DNA of 64,000 bases from Podarcis cretensis. Lineage: Eukaryota. Below are positions 22,408 to 34,460 of this stretch, one piece after another (the first letter of the stretch is position 1; every line of letters begins with the position of its first letter). Position numbers and translations under genes: made by a program. The stretch covers positions 27,032,001 through 27,096,000 of the forward strand of contig OX638160.1 in assembly GCA_951804945.1 (NCBI GenBank). The letters run 5' to 3'. The notes beneath the pieces were generated by a model. That model saw only the letters and a list, made by a program, of their open reading frames with translations. It made no database searches and was not told the DNA's origin.

Positions 22408-25238
22408 GTATGTATAATTCACATTTAAACACCCCACCCCCAATATTTAGCCCCAGTAACCTATTCTTACTTCATGAACTATCTGGAAAATACATCTTCA
22501 TACCTTCCCTGTCCCAAAAAAGAGTTTGGATGCTGCTGGAACCTATTTGTTATATGGTCTCCATATTATATGTGGTTTGCAGGGTAATTTATGATACAAA
22601 TATGATGTTAAAGCAGTTTCAGTGTCTTGCTGGTCCTTCTCCTTGTAAGATGGCAAGCCGGTCTTGCAGATGCCAGACCATGGTTCTGCAGTGAATTTGG
22701 GATCTTAACTCTCCTGCAATATACCTGCCCTTACCCTGAACATTTGCCTAAGGGACTACGTTTAATTCTTAGCTTGTCTATGGAGCTCCCAACACCAGAT
22801 TGTGAGTTTAATATTGCAATTTTGTTGAATTTTGAATGGTGGAGGCAAGAGAGAGTGAGTGAGGGAAGCAAAAGTTGCCTTCTTTAGCCCCTAATGGTTT
22901 ATAGTGTCTTGGAGGTGAGGGAAAATACAGGCAGTGGTGGGAAATACTTTTAAATTAATTTGTTAATTTTAACCCTGCCTCCAATAGAGCCAAGGATGGC
23001 ATGCACATAATCCATTCTAATAACAGAATAAAACATTAAAAACACTCCATTCAAAAATTACAGTCAACAGTACCAGTCAACTACAACACATTGGCTCTCT
23101 GCTGTTGCCTGCAGTTATGACACAAAGATCAAGTTTATTTGTATCATATCACAAGAGTGAGGTATATTAAAACATATATTAAAACACTCAATAGTCAAAC
23201 TCTCTTCGGCTATTAACCTGCAGTAACATGTTTTGTAGTATATTGCTTCACCCTCTCTAAATCAAAAGTTATAGCTGCTTGAGTGACTAGAGAGATCATG
23301 TAGATGGAAAGGTAGTGTGAAGTATAAGTCATCTGCAGGCTTTACTGCTGTAGAGTTTTCTTTTTAGTACTTTATTTTGCTCTTAAGTCTAGTAGCTTAT
23401 GGATATTTGAGTTACACGTTGAACTAAAGTGCTTGGGACACAATCCAGCCCAAATTTTATAGACAGCTGCTTCTATGATGTAGTCTTCTAATTATTGGCA
23501 AAAAGAATTTATGCCATGGTGTAAAAGAGGAGAAAGCGCCATATGTACAGTGTACTGGGATAAGTGAGGTGAATCCTGTGCCCAGGATTAGAAATCGGAA
23601 TTACTTACTGTGCATACAATTAAAAGCAATCTATTAATCTACAAAAAATCCTGCATATTTCTTATTCTGCACAATTCTGCTACACCCTAGCTAATATCTA
23701 TTAAAGTGTTACTTAGTCTCCCTGTCTTCTGAAAGTTCACTGGGCACTGCTCCTAAATCTGAAAATCTTCACTACTGTAAGGACTAGAAATATTGTATAC
23801 CCATACTCCTTTGCTTACGCAAATTCTGTGATCACAGAATACCCATCGCTTGAATTATTAATGTAAGCAGCTCCTTTCTATATCTTTGGACAGTAAGCAT
23901 TTAATTGGGATGCTTTCATCATTTTTTGAAAATTAAGCACTACTAATTGCCTAGTTCATATTGCTAGTTGGTATCCCTTCTCCGCAACAGTGCACCTCCT
24001 GTTTAATATAAATCTGGTCCATACATCATTGCAAACTTCACTCAACAAGGGCCTAATAAAGAATGTTGCAGAAAACTGTAAATGCACTAGATCTTCCCGT
24101 CTTCAGTGGTGTGCAGAGGAGTCTTCTCATTTAAATAGGCAAGAATGAATGGAGAGTAGCAAATGCTTTGCTAACCCATCACTAAATTAAGATAACATCT
24201 GAAATGTCAGCCTTGTTTGGCTTTGAGGGAATGTCTTTTTACCCCTATTTCACCCATCAGCTTTTCTTGCTCCATTTAAATGGTAATTATAAATTTATAA
24301 TGCATTGCAGGTGTTGCTCACTCTAGCCACAGTCCTTTGGGAGCACTGGAAGCAATAGAGCTTTAATAAGTGGGACTACTCGGTTTGAGTAGTTCCTTTG
24401 TTATGCGATTTGCCACTTTTTTATAAGAAACCCTGGTATGAATACAGTTTGATTGCTTAAATTATAGGTTCATGGCTAAATGAGTTTGAGCAGCATTTAA
24501 ATTATTTTTCACTGTGGTAACTTTCAAAGGAAATAGATGCAATTGTTGCATACATGCTACAATTCTGTTTGTTATGCAAGTAAAACATTACAACATTTTA
24601 TGCTATGCCTTTGTTTAGATTCTGAATACTGTTTCATATAGTAGGGGAATCAACAGAAGGTAGATCATGGTCCACTGGTTGACCAGTGGCCAGTTTCTGG
24701 TGGACTACCCGAGTATGTGTTTCTTTATCTGTCTATTGTGAAAACTGTTCATTTATTCCTACTCTGCTTTTTGTGCTTTAGCCAGTTACTGATCTGTAAG
24801 AGGACCTGCTATAAATTTGCTCAAGCAGCTTGGCCAAAAGCTTTTTAAAGCCCACAAGCTTATTAATGTTTCAAATAAAAAAAAATCTAAAAGGTTACTG
24901 GCACAGGATTTACCTTTGCATAATCCATGTTGAGTCTTCTTAAGCATTCCTGGATTTGCAGTGTGTTCCTGACACCTTCTACTTCTCCACTCTGACTAGC
25001 CACATGCTTCTCAGTCATCTGCTGCTTAGCCATATTGCCAAGGACCCAAGAAGTTCCCAAACTACATGTAGTCATGGTCAGAATGAGCCAATATAACTGG
25101 CTGGAAGTGAAACCATTTTACCAATTGTTGCTGGCTTAATGTCTGAAGGCAAAGAAAACTGAAGAATGTCCTTTAGATAAAACAAAATAAAAAAATTCCT
25201 TCCAGTAGCACCTTAAAGACCAACTAAGTTAGTTCTTG

Positions 25239-25276
25239 GTATGAGCTTTCGTGTGCATGCACACTTCTTCAGATAC
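25239..25276 (-). ncRNA. Minimal type I hammerhead ribozyme motif (antisense copy)
   Basis: Exact reverse complement of GTATCTGAAGAAGTGTGCATGCACACGAAAGCTCATAC. Confidence 0.75.
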
Positions 25277-25297
25277 ACACTTCTTCAGATACACAGT

Positions 25298-25335
25298 GTA
25301 TCTGAAGAAGTGTGCATGCACACGAAAGCTCATAC
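25298..25335 (+). ncRNA. Minimal type I hammerhead ribozyme motif (sense copy)
   Basis: GUAU - CUGAAGA - A - GUGUGCAUGCACAC - GAAA - GC - UC - AUAC; predicted cleavage after C25331. Confidence 0.78.
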
Positions 25336-26264
25336 CAAGAACTAACTTAGTTGGTCTTTAAGGTGCTACTGGAAGGATTTTTTTTATTTTGTTTTGACTA
25401 TGGCAGACCAACACGGCTACCTATCTGTAACTGGTCCTTTAGATACTTAGCTTCGGGCCATATTGATCTGTAGATTAGGGATGGGGAACTTATGGCCCTC
25501 CAGGTATTGTTGAACCCTAACTGCCATCTGCCCTATCCAGCATGTCCAGTTATCAGGGAATTAATTCCATTTTTCCCTGTTAGTGGATATAGTCTCAAAC
25601 AATAACTACTTTCTAGTAGGTGAAGACCTTTCCTGACTCTCTGGAATAATTTAAGGGCAGAGTCACCTTCATACATGCTACCTTCCCTTTAGATCTGCTG
25701 TAGTTCACAACCATTATTAAAAGAGAGAACCTGCCACATCAGGTGGGGCTAACCTGCGACTGGTGGGAGTTGTAGTGCAACACCATCTGAAGGGCCACAG
25801 GTTGGCCACCCAGGTGCTCCATGTGATAAGGCATGCTTATAAAGTGGATAGACACAGTTGGCACACATAGGTTGCATGATCTGCTTGCTGTTTGGTCATT
25901 TGGGTTGTTGCCATCAGGAAGTTATTTTAAAGCTTTTGTTTGAAGCCTGAACCATGTCTATGTTTGAATGTCGACAATTCTGTATGATATCTTTTACTGT
26001 GCCTATCAGTAGATTAGATTATAATTGCTTGTTATGTGATTTTGCTACTGTTGCCTACCTGTTTGTATGTGTCACTGTATGCATCTGATTGCTGGTCAAC
26101 AGATAGTCATTGAAGGGCTGGGACTCCTTTTCTCTGTGAATAATGTTCTTTATGTGTTGGCATATCAGCCTGTCTATACATTTTCACATTGTCTTGTGCA
26201 TCTGATCACTAAGCTCATATCTGTTGTCTGCTTTCTAATGTCTCTTATCTCTCCACCCCTAATT

Positions 26265-26677
26265 CTATTTTTAAAATATATTTTATTTATAATTTTTGGG
26301 TTTATACATTTCAATAATTTTACAGTCATTTTAACATTTCACAACTTGACTTCCTTCCCCTTCTTTCTGCAGTTCCTTAAATTTATTTTTTAATATTTTC
26401 TGCATATTAACTTGATTTGTTTATTTATTCATCTACTTAAAATATATACTCTTATGAAACTGCAGGTTATTACAATAATTCTGCCATTGTTCTTATCTGT
26501 TTACAATTTGTAAATACTCAATATATCATTTCTATTATTTTATTAAAAAGTTTGTTATCTTGATTTCTTACTTTTCTGGTAAGTTTCGCCATTTCTGCTT
26601 ATTCCATAAGTTTTTGTATCCATTCTTCTTTTGCTGGGACTTCTTTCCATTTTTGAGCAAGTTCCATTCTTGCCTCC
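26265..26677 (-). mobile_element. 5'-truncated L1-like LINE (ORF2 C-terminus and 3' UTR)
   Basis: - strand translation LAQKWKEVPAKEEWIQKLME..EMAKLT resembles a squamate L1 ORF2 end; 12-bp TSD CCACCCCTAATT at 26253-26264 and 26678-26689; T-rich left end. Confidence 0.75.
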
Positions 26678-27008
26678 CCACCCCTAATTTTAGATTCTGT
26701 TACTTGTCTTTGTACCAGAATGTCATACTTCATAACTCCAGTGTTAAGTACTCCCATAATGACACTTCCTGTGCTGTCCTTGTGCTATGAGTGTCTTTTG
26801 TTTATACCGGTACATATCAGTGTACTCTTAAAATAGATAATGTCATTGTGTGTGGACACTGCATGCCAGTTTTAATTGCTTCCTTAATTGGTGAGTAATC
26901 AGGTTAGACTAGACATGATGAAACTCCTTTGTGTCTGTGGGCACTAAGCCTTGATTAAAGTTCTTGATGGATGGTGAAGTATGATTTGAAGCCTTCTAAG
27001 TTTTAATT

Positions 27009-27380
27009 GGGGACGCAGGTGGCGCTGTGGGTTAAAGCCTCAGCGCCTAGGGCTTGCCGATCGAAAGGTCGGCGGTTCGAATCCCTGCGGCGGGGTGCGC
27101 TCCCGCTGCTCGGTCCCAGCGCCTGCCAACCTAGCAGTTCGAAAGCACCTCCGGGTACAAGTAGATAAATAGGGACCGCTTACCAGCGGGAAGGTAAACG
27201 GCGTTTCCGTGTGCGGCTCTGGCTCTGGCTCTGGCTCTGGCCAGAGCAGCGATGTCACGCTGGCCACGTGACCCGGAAGTGTCTCCGGACAGCGCTGGCC
27301 CCTGGCCTCTTAAGTGAGATGGGCGCACAACCCCAGAGTCTGTCAAGACTGGCCCGTACGGGCAGGGGTACCTTTACCTT
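27009..27380 (+). mobile_element. Sauria SINE, young subfamily
   Basis: Full head GGGACGCAGGTGGCGCTG, B-box, (ACCTTT) tail; 12-bp TSD TAAGTTTTAATT at 26997-27008 and 27381-27392. Confidence 0.94.
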
Positions 27381-28201
27381 TAAGTTTTAATTAACTATTT
27401 AGAATTTGCCTTCACTTTTTCTTTTAGCTCAGTAGCAAGTGTTTCTGGTTTCTTAGTCTGTGTGTTGAGCTGCTCTTCATAAGGTGTTGGAGTGTTGTCT
27501 ACTTTTTCTAGGTGCTGCTCATCATATTTTTCCAGTAGCACTATTATAAACTGAGATCATATAATCCTTACAATTGTACTTGTACTCCTTACCTTTTTTG
27601 TACTTGATGTTCATCCTGGCACCCAAGCGACAACCTAGTTTGTTGTGATGACATGATATTATTCTATTTGCAATTTGGAAGCAGAGTTCACTTCATCAGC
27701 TCTGCTATGAGAGGCCATCTCCATCAGGCCTTCTCTCCCCTCAGCTGCCATCTGCAGGCAGGCATTTGATCAGGCTGCCTCAATGGGGGAGGGATAAGAA
27801 GGGCTCATTTCATCAGCTTTGCTGGAAGCGCAGCTTCATCAGCCACCTCCTGCCTCTGAATTATGCCAGCTGGTCACTATAGGAATAACGGTTTAGAAAT
27901 TAGTTTCTGAGTTTTGATTTTCCTCTTCCATCTCTGTCCCTTTCCCCTTGTGGTTTGTGGGTAGGCTTGTTTTGCTTGTATGTAAGTGACTCTGGGATCC
28001 TTTTTGGCTGAAAAGCTGGGTACAGGTGCTCTAAATAAATAAATAAATTTTGACATGACAGAACAGGTTCAATGTACTGGTGCAGTAATTGGGCTGTACC
28101 ATCCTTGGCAACATAGCTAGCTGGTTTGCTATGTTTTAGCTACCTTGGTTGAACAATATTTTCTTAAATATGTTATTTTAATTGTCCTGCTTTCCCCCCA
28201 G

Positions 28202-28251
28202 GTCTCCTTCAGGATTCTGACCATCCATATAGCAGATATGAGAATGAATGA
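28202..28251 (+). CDS. PTTG1IP2: PTTG1IP-family exon 7, coding part (GLLQDSDHPYSRYENE*)
   Basis: tttccccccAG acceptor (28200-28201), TGA at 28249-28251; aligns with PBF GLFKEENPYARFENN. Total CDS 582 nt = 193 aa plus stop. Candidate AATAAA signals near 28577 and 29153. Confidence 0.93.
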
Positions 28252-28873
28252 AAATGGATGCTACTGTGTCTTCTTAAAGATGGCAAAAATGTGAAGTTAA
28301 TTTTCTGGTTCCAGTTTAAATCACCAAATATGTGCATAAATGCTTAATAGAAAATGGTCTTTCTCCCCCTTTGTAAGCAGCATTCTGTTTGTGTATGTAA
28401 TTTTTTTCTAATATAGAACACATCAGTGGTTCCTTTTCTCTCTTCCCCCATCCCTTGTTCCTTTTCTAGATCTCTTATTTAATGGAATGTGAGTTGAGTA
28501 CAGAAATAACAATCATGTCATTTCCCCTAACACTCCCCTAAAACAAAGATATCATCGTCTTTTCCACATAATGCTAAATAAAGACCTCCTTTAAATCTGT
28601 GTCAAGTAAGTGTTGGCAAGTATTTGACACTACAGACATGTGTGGTATCAAGTGATGACAAATAATTACAGCCTATGCCACTTCCAAGACTGTTAATAGA
28701 ATATGAGGGGTGTATGTGAGAGTATGCTGGTGTGAAATGGCCACCTTGGGCACAGCAACCAGACCTGGATAGCTCTTGGTGTTTCTAAGTCAATCAGTAC
28801 TTTCTTGCTCTGCCCCAGCTCCTTGAATGTGGGTACCTAATGGAAGCAAACATATCCTTGCCTCTGGCTTTTC

Positions 28874-28878
<5 letters not shown>

Positions 28879-28904
<26 letters not shown>
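28879..28904. repeat. (TC)n microsatellite downstream of the PTTG1IP-family stop codon
   Basis: Direct dinucleotide run. Confidence 0.85.
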
Positions 28905-28909
<5 letters not shown>

Positions 28910-31900
28910 CATAAACACACACACCAGTTGGACTTGCAGTGGCACACATCCTCTCCCAATATCTTGCTCCATTTGGGCCTTCACTGCAGTTTGAGCAGAC
29001 AACTCCATTGCCACTTAGGGAGATAAGTGCCCTGCTTAGGTGTTGGGAGAGGGTTCTGATTTGTGATCATTATAGACCAACATTTGAATGACAATGGATA
29101 TTCAACAATACCTGATAGCCTTGTTCCATTTTTCTACAACATGTAGAAAGCAAATAAATTTTTCTAATGTATAAAGAACGTCTGTATGTAGTGCTTTTTT
29201 CTATATATCTTCACTTCTAATAATGAACTCAAGTGGTGAATGCTGACAGGTTTGTGGCCACTGAAAACAGGGGAGGTATTAACATGCTTGGGAGAACCAA
29301 AGAAATTGCAGAAGTAGAACACGTTGCCAAAAGGTGGCATCTACCACAAAGCAGCCCAACGAGACCTGTGCATTCTCAGTAGCCAAAGAATATTGGGCAC
29401 ATTTGCAAACCAGAGAAACTACCATGAGCATCACACATACAAGTATGCATTGGCTACAATAGAATATTATTTTGAAGCATAGATTCATTGGGAAAATGGG
29501 CTCCTGAGGGTGCATGGGAAGGCCTCTAGATGCATGTGCATTCACAGGAGCCACATTGGCAGCCCCTGGGATAGGCTGTAGACCAAATATAGAAACAGAA
29601 ACTAGGAAAGTGAGGAGGTGAAGAGTCAAATGCCCTGCTTGGAGAGCACAGCTATCTGGAACTCTGAATAGGCACTATCCTTGGAGTGATTATATATTGC
29701 TCATTTTGTTGTAGATCCCACAAACTTTGTATTGTCCTGGTATTACACAATTAAAAATGTCTGTTGACAGTCACATAGGTGAACTTTTGTGAAAATCAGG
29801 TGCCATTTTCTGAATCCTTGATACTCGTCCTGCATTCAGTCAGAATTCTATACAAAGTTTTGTTTTTTGTTTCCTTTTAAGCAGCTACTCTCTCTAGGAC
29901 TATCAAATTATGCATGGATACTGTGGGATTTTTTTGTTCAGAATTTACTTTTGTAGATATCTTAAGCTAGATTTTTATGATTTCCCAGGGTGTGTGTTTG
30001 TTGCAGCAAAAATAATGAGTCTTTGGTATCTTAAAAACCTGCTATGGTCCATGAAAGCTTATACCGTAATAAATTCATTTTTATGGTGCCACAAGAGTTT
30101 GCTGTAGATTTGAACACTACTTGGAGCAATTTATTAGATTGTGACATGCAAATAATTTTGATATAATAAACTACATAGCATATACATTAATAATATACTT
30201 CCATGTCATTATGCAGCAGCCTGTTTAAGCAAAGCAAGACCTCATTGCTCTGGTTTGTCAGTGGCTTTTGAATTCAGATATGCTTGACAACCCACAACAT
30301 AGGCTGGTTTGCAAGCCACCCTCGAACCATTGATTTGGGCCCTTGTGACTCATGCTATGTGAGATCACATAGGTTTGGAATTGAAAACAAATGGATTTGG
30401 CTTGTCATCTGAATGGAGACATAAAGGCTGAGTAATGAGTTCTCATTGGAAATCCCTTGTGAAAGTAGGTTGAATGCAATGGAAAGTTTTCTTGCCCTTT
30501 TCCAATGGTGTCTGACATGACGGCTGATCCTCTTAACCATCACAACCATCCTGCAGAGTAAGAGGTTACAAAAGTGCAATGATCCAGTGACCAAGCAGGG
30601 ACTTCAGATTAGGTCTCCCTACTTAAAGCTGATGTTGTCCATTATCTCACACTTACTCTATTTTCCCTTGAGACATTCTCTTTCATAATAGAGTGTCTTT
30701 TATATTTGCTCCTTTGTAGTTCATACATTTTCCAATTCAGTGTTTATGAAATACGAAGGCTACAATCCTCAGTATACTTACCTGAAAACAGTGTGACTGG
30801 CTTCTTGGTAAACCAAATGGGGACACTGCACTGAAGTACTACTGTGATTATGCTCCCTTAGAAATACAAAATCATGTTGCTCATCCTTCCACCTCGGCAT
30901 TGTAAAAACATTTACTTCTAGGAAAGATCTTCATGTGAGCAATAAATTTTGTTTGTCCAACAGTAACTTCAGAAAAGCCAGCATAGAAGCATTTCAAGTC
31001 CTGCTATTAATATTCTGAAAAACAGTTAATATGGTGGAACAAGGGCGCAAGACAATTTTGAATCAGTGTTAATAGTGCCTGCAAGTAGATTGACCATGAA
31101 TGGTTCTCTCTGAAAAATAAGCCATATAATGAGGAGCTCATGTGTGTAAGCTGTGGTTGCATAAGCTGTTGTTGCCTGGGGAAAGAGGGGGACTTGGAAA
31201 ACCCAAAGTCAGACAAAAATAGCATGTGTAATTTTGGATATAGACACAGATTTGCCTCTTAATTTTGTCATCTACTGAGTTCTAGCAGCTAGATTTATTC
31301 TACATAGATGAATGAAGTGGGAAATATCAAAACATTGGTCATTTTTAAAAATGTTCCAAAAAACCCCTGTCAAATTTGCAAGTAACTCATTGAACATTAA
31401 CCATGTAGGGTAGTTTTACAGCCCAGTCACGATCCTAGAGAGATGTCTGCTGCTTGCATTAATGCAAACTGGGCTAAGATCTGATCCTTGCTCAGCATCA
31501 ACTTTGCATCATGCCTAACAGCTTAAAGAGACAGGTAGAGAGGATACCAACCACTTTAATAGATACCACTGTATCAGTTAAGTTGCCCACTAATCAATTC
31601 TAGCTCTCCTAGCAATTGCACAAAGAAAGCAATCTAGAGTTGCCTTTACTGCAGACTAACACAAGCAAATCCAATTGCATTATTTCCCTTCTGTTGATGC
31701 ATGCCAGACTGTAGGAGGAATTGCAAGCTAAGAGTTTAATGAGGCTCATGGTTTTGGTGGAGGGAGTAAGCCCAACCAGTTACTGCACAATACTGTTCTA
31801 TCCCTTAGCCCAGAAGTGGAAAACCTGTGGCCTTCCAGATACTGGATTCCAACTCCCATCAATCCCAGCTACCATAACAAATGGTCAGGGATAATCCAGT

Positions 31901-32617
31901 AATATCTGGAGGGCTGAAGGTTTCCAGGAGGGCAAATACCAATATTTACACTGAACAACTACATTTATCAGAAACTTACACTATATATGTGTTTTTGTTG
32001 TTGTTAGGTAGTAGTTGAAGTCACCAAGTTGGAATGTATTAAAAGGTCTACCTACCATCTACTGCTTGCTGTGACTGCAGACTATTCAGTGGCCTGCAGG
32101 CCTGTATACCCTTAACTACAGAGCACAGATCACGCCATATATATTAAGTGAAGCTTCATGTTGCAAGGCAAAGGTTGCTTGCTAGCCTTTCTTTCTAACT
32201 TGGAGGAAATAACATTGCTACCCCGAATAATGTACTAAAGTGCTGGAGTGGAAAGAGGCACAATTCTTGACATTTGATAACATCTATTTGTAGCAATCTC
32301 AGCAGCTCAAAGGAAGGGGAGAAACATTTTCAAGCTCCTACCAGAGTTTGGGTGGGGGAATACTATGTCCTCCTTGGTCCAGCGATCCCCAGCTGTGGGG
32401 CTAGAACAGAAACTACAATATGTTGTTGAGGGGAAGCCCTTGTGGAGTTTGCCCCCCATCACTGTGGGGGTGGCAGCAGGATGTTTTGCCTCAAGTGCTG
32501 AAACATCTTGGACAGCCCCTGATTTCAAGTTCCTCATTAAAGCTATTCTAATTTTTCTAGACTTCTTATTTGGAGCTTGTCGTCTGTCACATTTAGGTCC
32601 GAACGAATTTATTTGTA

Positions 32618-32843
32618 CAGTGATACCTCGGGTTAAGAACTTGATTCGTTCTGGAGGTCTGTTCTTAACCTGAAACTGTTCTTAACCTGAGGTACCACTT
32701 TAGCTAATGGAGCCTCTCACTGCCACCGCGCCACTGGCACGCGATTTCTTTTCTCATCCTGGGGTAAAATTCTTAACCTGAGGTACTATTTCTGGGTTAC
32801 TGGAGTCTGTAACCAGAAGCGTCTGTAACCTGAGGTATCACTG
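32618..32843. mobile_element. Tc1/mariner (Tigger-like) MITE
   Basis: 18-bp TIR CAGTGATACCTCGGGTTA / TAACCTGAGGTATCACTG with one mismatch; TA on both flanks; internal TTAACCTGA repeats. Confidence 0.88.
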
Positions 32844-34460
32844 TATGCCTTTTGTAGAATAAATCCTTTTTAAAATCCCATGTTTTGCCTGCCCAGAAAT
32901 GGAGTTATCAGTCTTTATTACTTTTTCATTCTCAACTTGACTGTGGGGGGATGCCTATAAATAGACAAGCAACTGGTCTTCCACGATCACTGCTTACAAC
33001 CGTGATCACAGTGACTGACAGTGCCTCATCTCCATCTGTTGCAGGGCAGGCCCAAGACATTTTGGCACCCGAGGCAAACCAAAAAATGATGCCCCCACCA
33101 CCAAGGAAGAAAGGGTGAAGATCTCCATCAGAAATAAGGGGGGGGGGATAAAGATCTGCATAAGGCTCTCTAGAGGGTCAGTAAAGCTCTCCATCAGGAA
33201 CAAGTGGGGGAATCAAATCAGCCTCACCCAATGGTTGAAATGGGAATCAAAGGTAATCATGGAGGGGAAAGGGGCCCACTCTGAATCATGTTGGCAGGTG
33301 CAGAGCCCAAGAAACCCTAAAGGGCAGCTTCTGTTGTTTCCTCCCTCGGGTGTGGGAAGAGACAAGCAGCACCTATTTACAGAGAGGTGGTTGCCTTACC
33401 TTGCCTCGTGTGGGTGAACCGTGATCTGTTGTATACACCTGATGCCTTTTTGTCCCATTTTTAGAACAGATCTAGACATCAGACACGCTTATGGGCATGA
33501 AAGTGCAAGTGAGTTCCACTTTCTTCCTCCACACTTGGTTTAAAATATCTGGAGCTAGGCCAAGTCATCTCTCTTTGTAGGGAGATGGGCTTGCACTCCA
33601 CTGTGGAGTTATCAAACCAATATTCCCACAAAGGAAGGGGTGTTGCCTTAATGCTGGACATTCAAAACAAAGGTAGGAATTGCAGTTTCCTCCTACCCCT
33701 TGTTTCATACACTTTTGCCCTACATGGAACATTAATTTTCTAAGCATCGAGTAATCAACAGATTGGTGTTGTATTCATCATATGAGTTGTTTTTTGTTTG
33801 TTTGTTTTAAATGATAATCTTCCCCTAAGATCAGGGCCGGCCCAATATATTATGTTCAGGATGCTGATACCCCTGCTCAGTTCTACATAACAAGCTGATT
33901 AGACTGCCAGTTGAACTTTGCTTCAGTGCTAGGGATGTGATTACATCCTCCGTGAACACCTGGGAGAGCATACCTGATTAAGGGCCCAGGAGGGGCCATA
34001 TGGCGACAGTGAAGCCTGGCTGGGGGCTCAGGAGGAACAGCCAGGAGTTGCTACAGCTGCCCAAGGTGGTTGCTGCACTGTCTAATGGTAGGGCTGGCCT
34101 AGCCTAAGAACAATAACAGTGAACCTGATTGAAAAACGTACCCAAGTGCTCTCGCTCTTTTCCTAGAACAAATCAAACTCTCTGCCGGTGACACAGATGG
34201 TCTGTGAGTTGTTGGGGAGGCAAACGTTGGCAGGCTGATAAGCTCAGAAAAATGTGCTGCAATCTGGAACAAATTGTCAATTAAAAAAACATCTAAGTTA
34301 AGGTCAGAGAAACTGCTTTTAAAAATGTTGTGATGGCAGCGTCTTACACCTATCACAATCCACCATATATTTTATCAATAAACTGCGAAAGGTGTTCTAA
34401 CAATATATCTCACATTATGCAGTTGCTTCTGTGGTCTCCTAGGAGGATCCCAAGCTCAAT

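Larger units (their letters stand above)
25180..25433. mobile_element. Penelope-like element: two pLTR fragments in inverted orientation (long palindrome)
   Basis: 12-bp TSD GTCCTTTAGATA at 25168-25179 and 25434-25445; arms about 25180-25278 and 25296-25395 are near-perfect reverse complements; a tail of about 38 nt is present only on the right arm. Confidence 0.88.
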
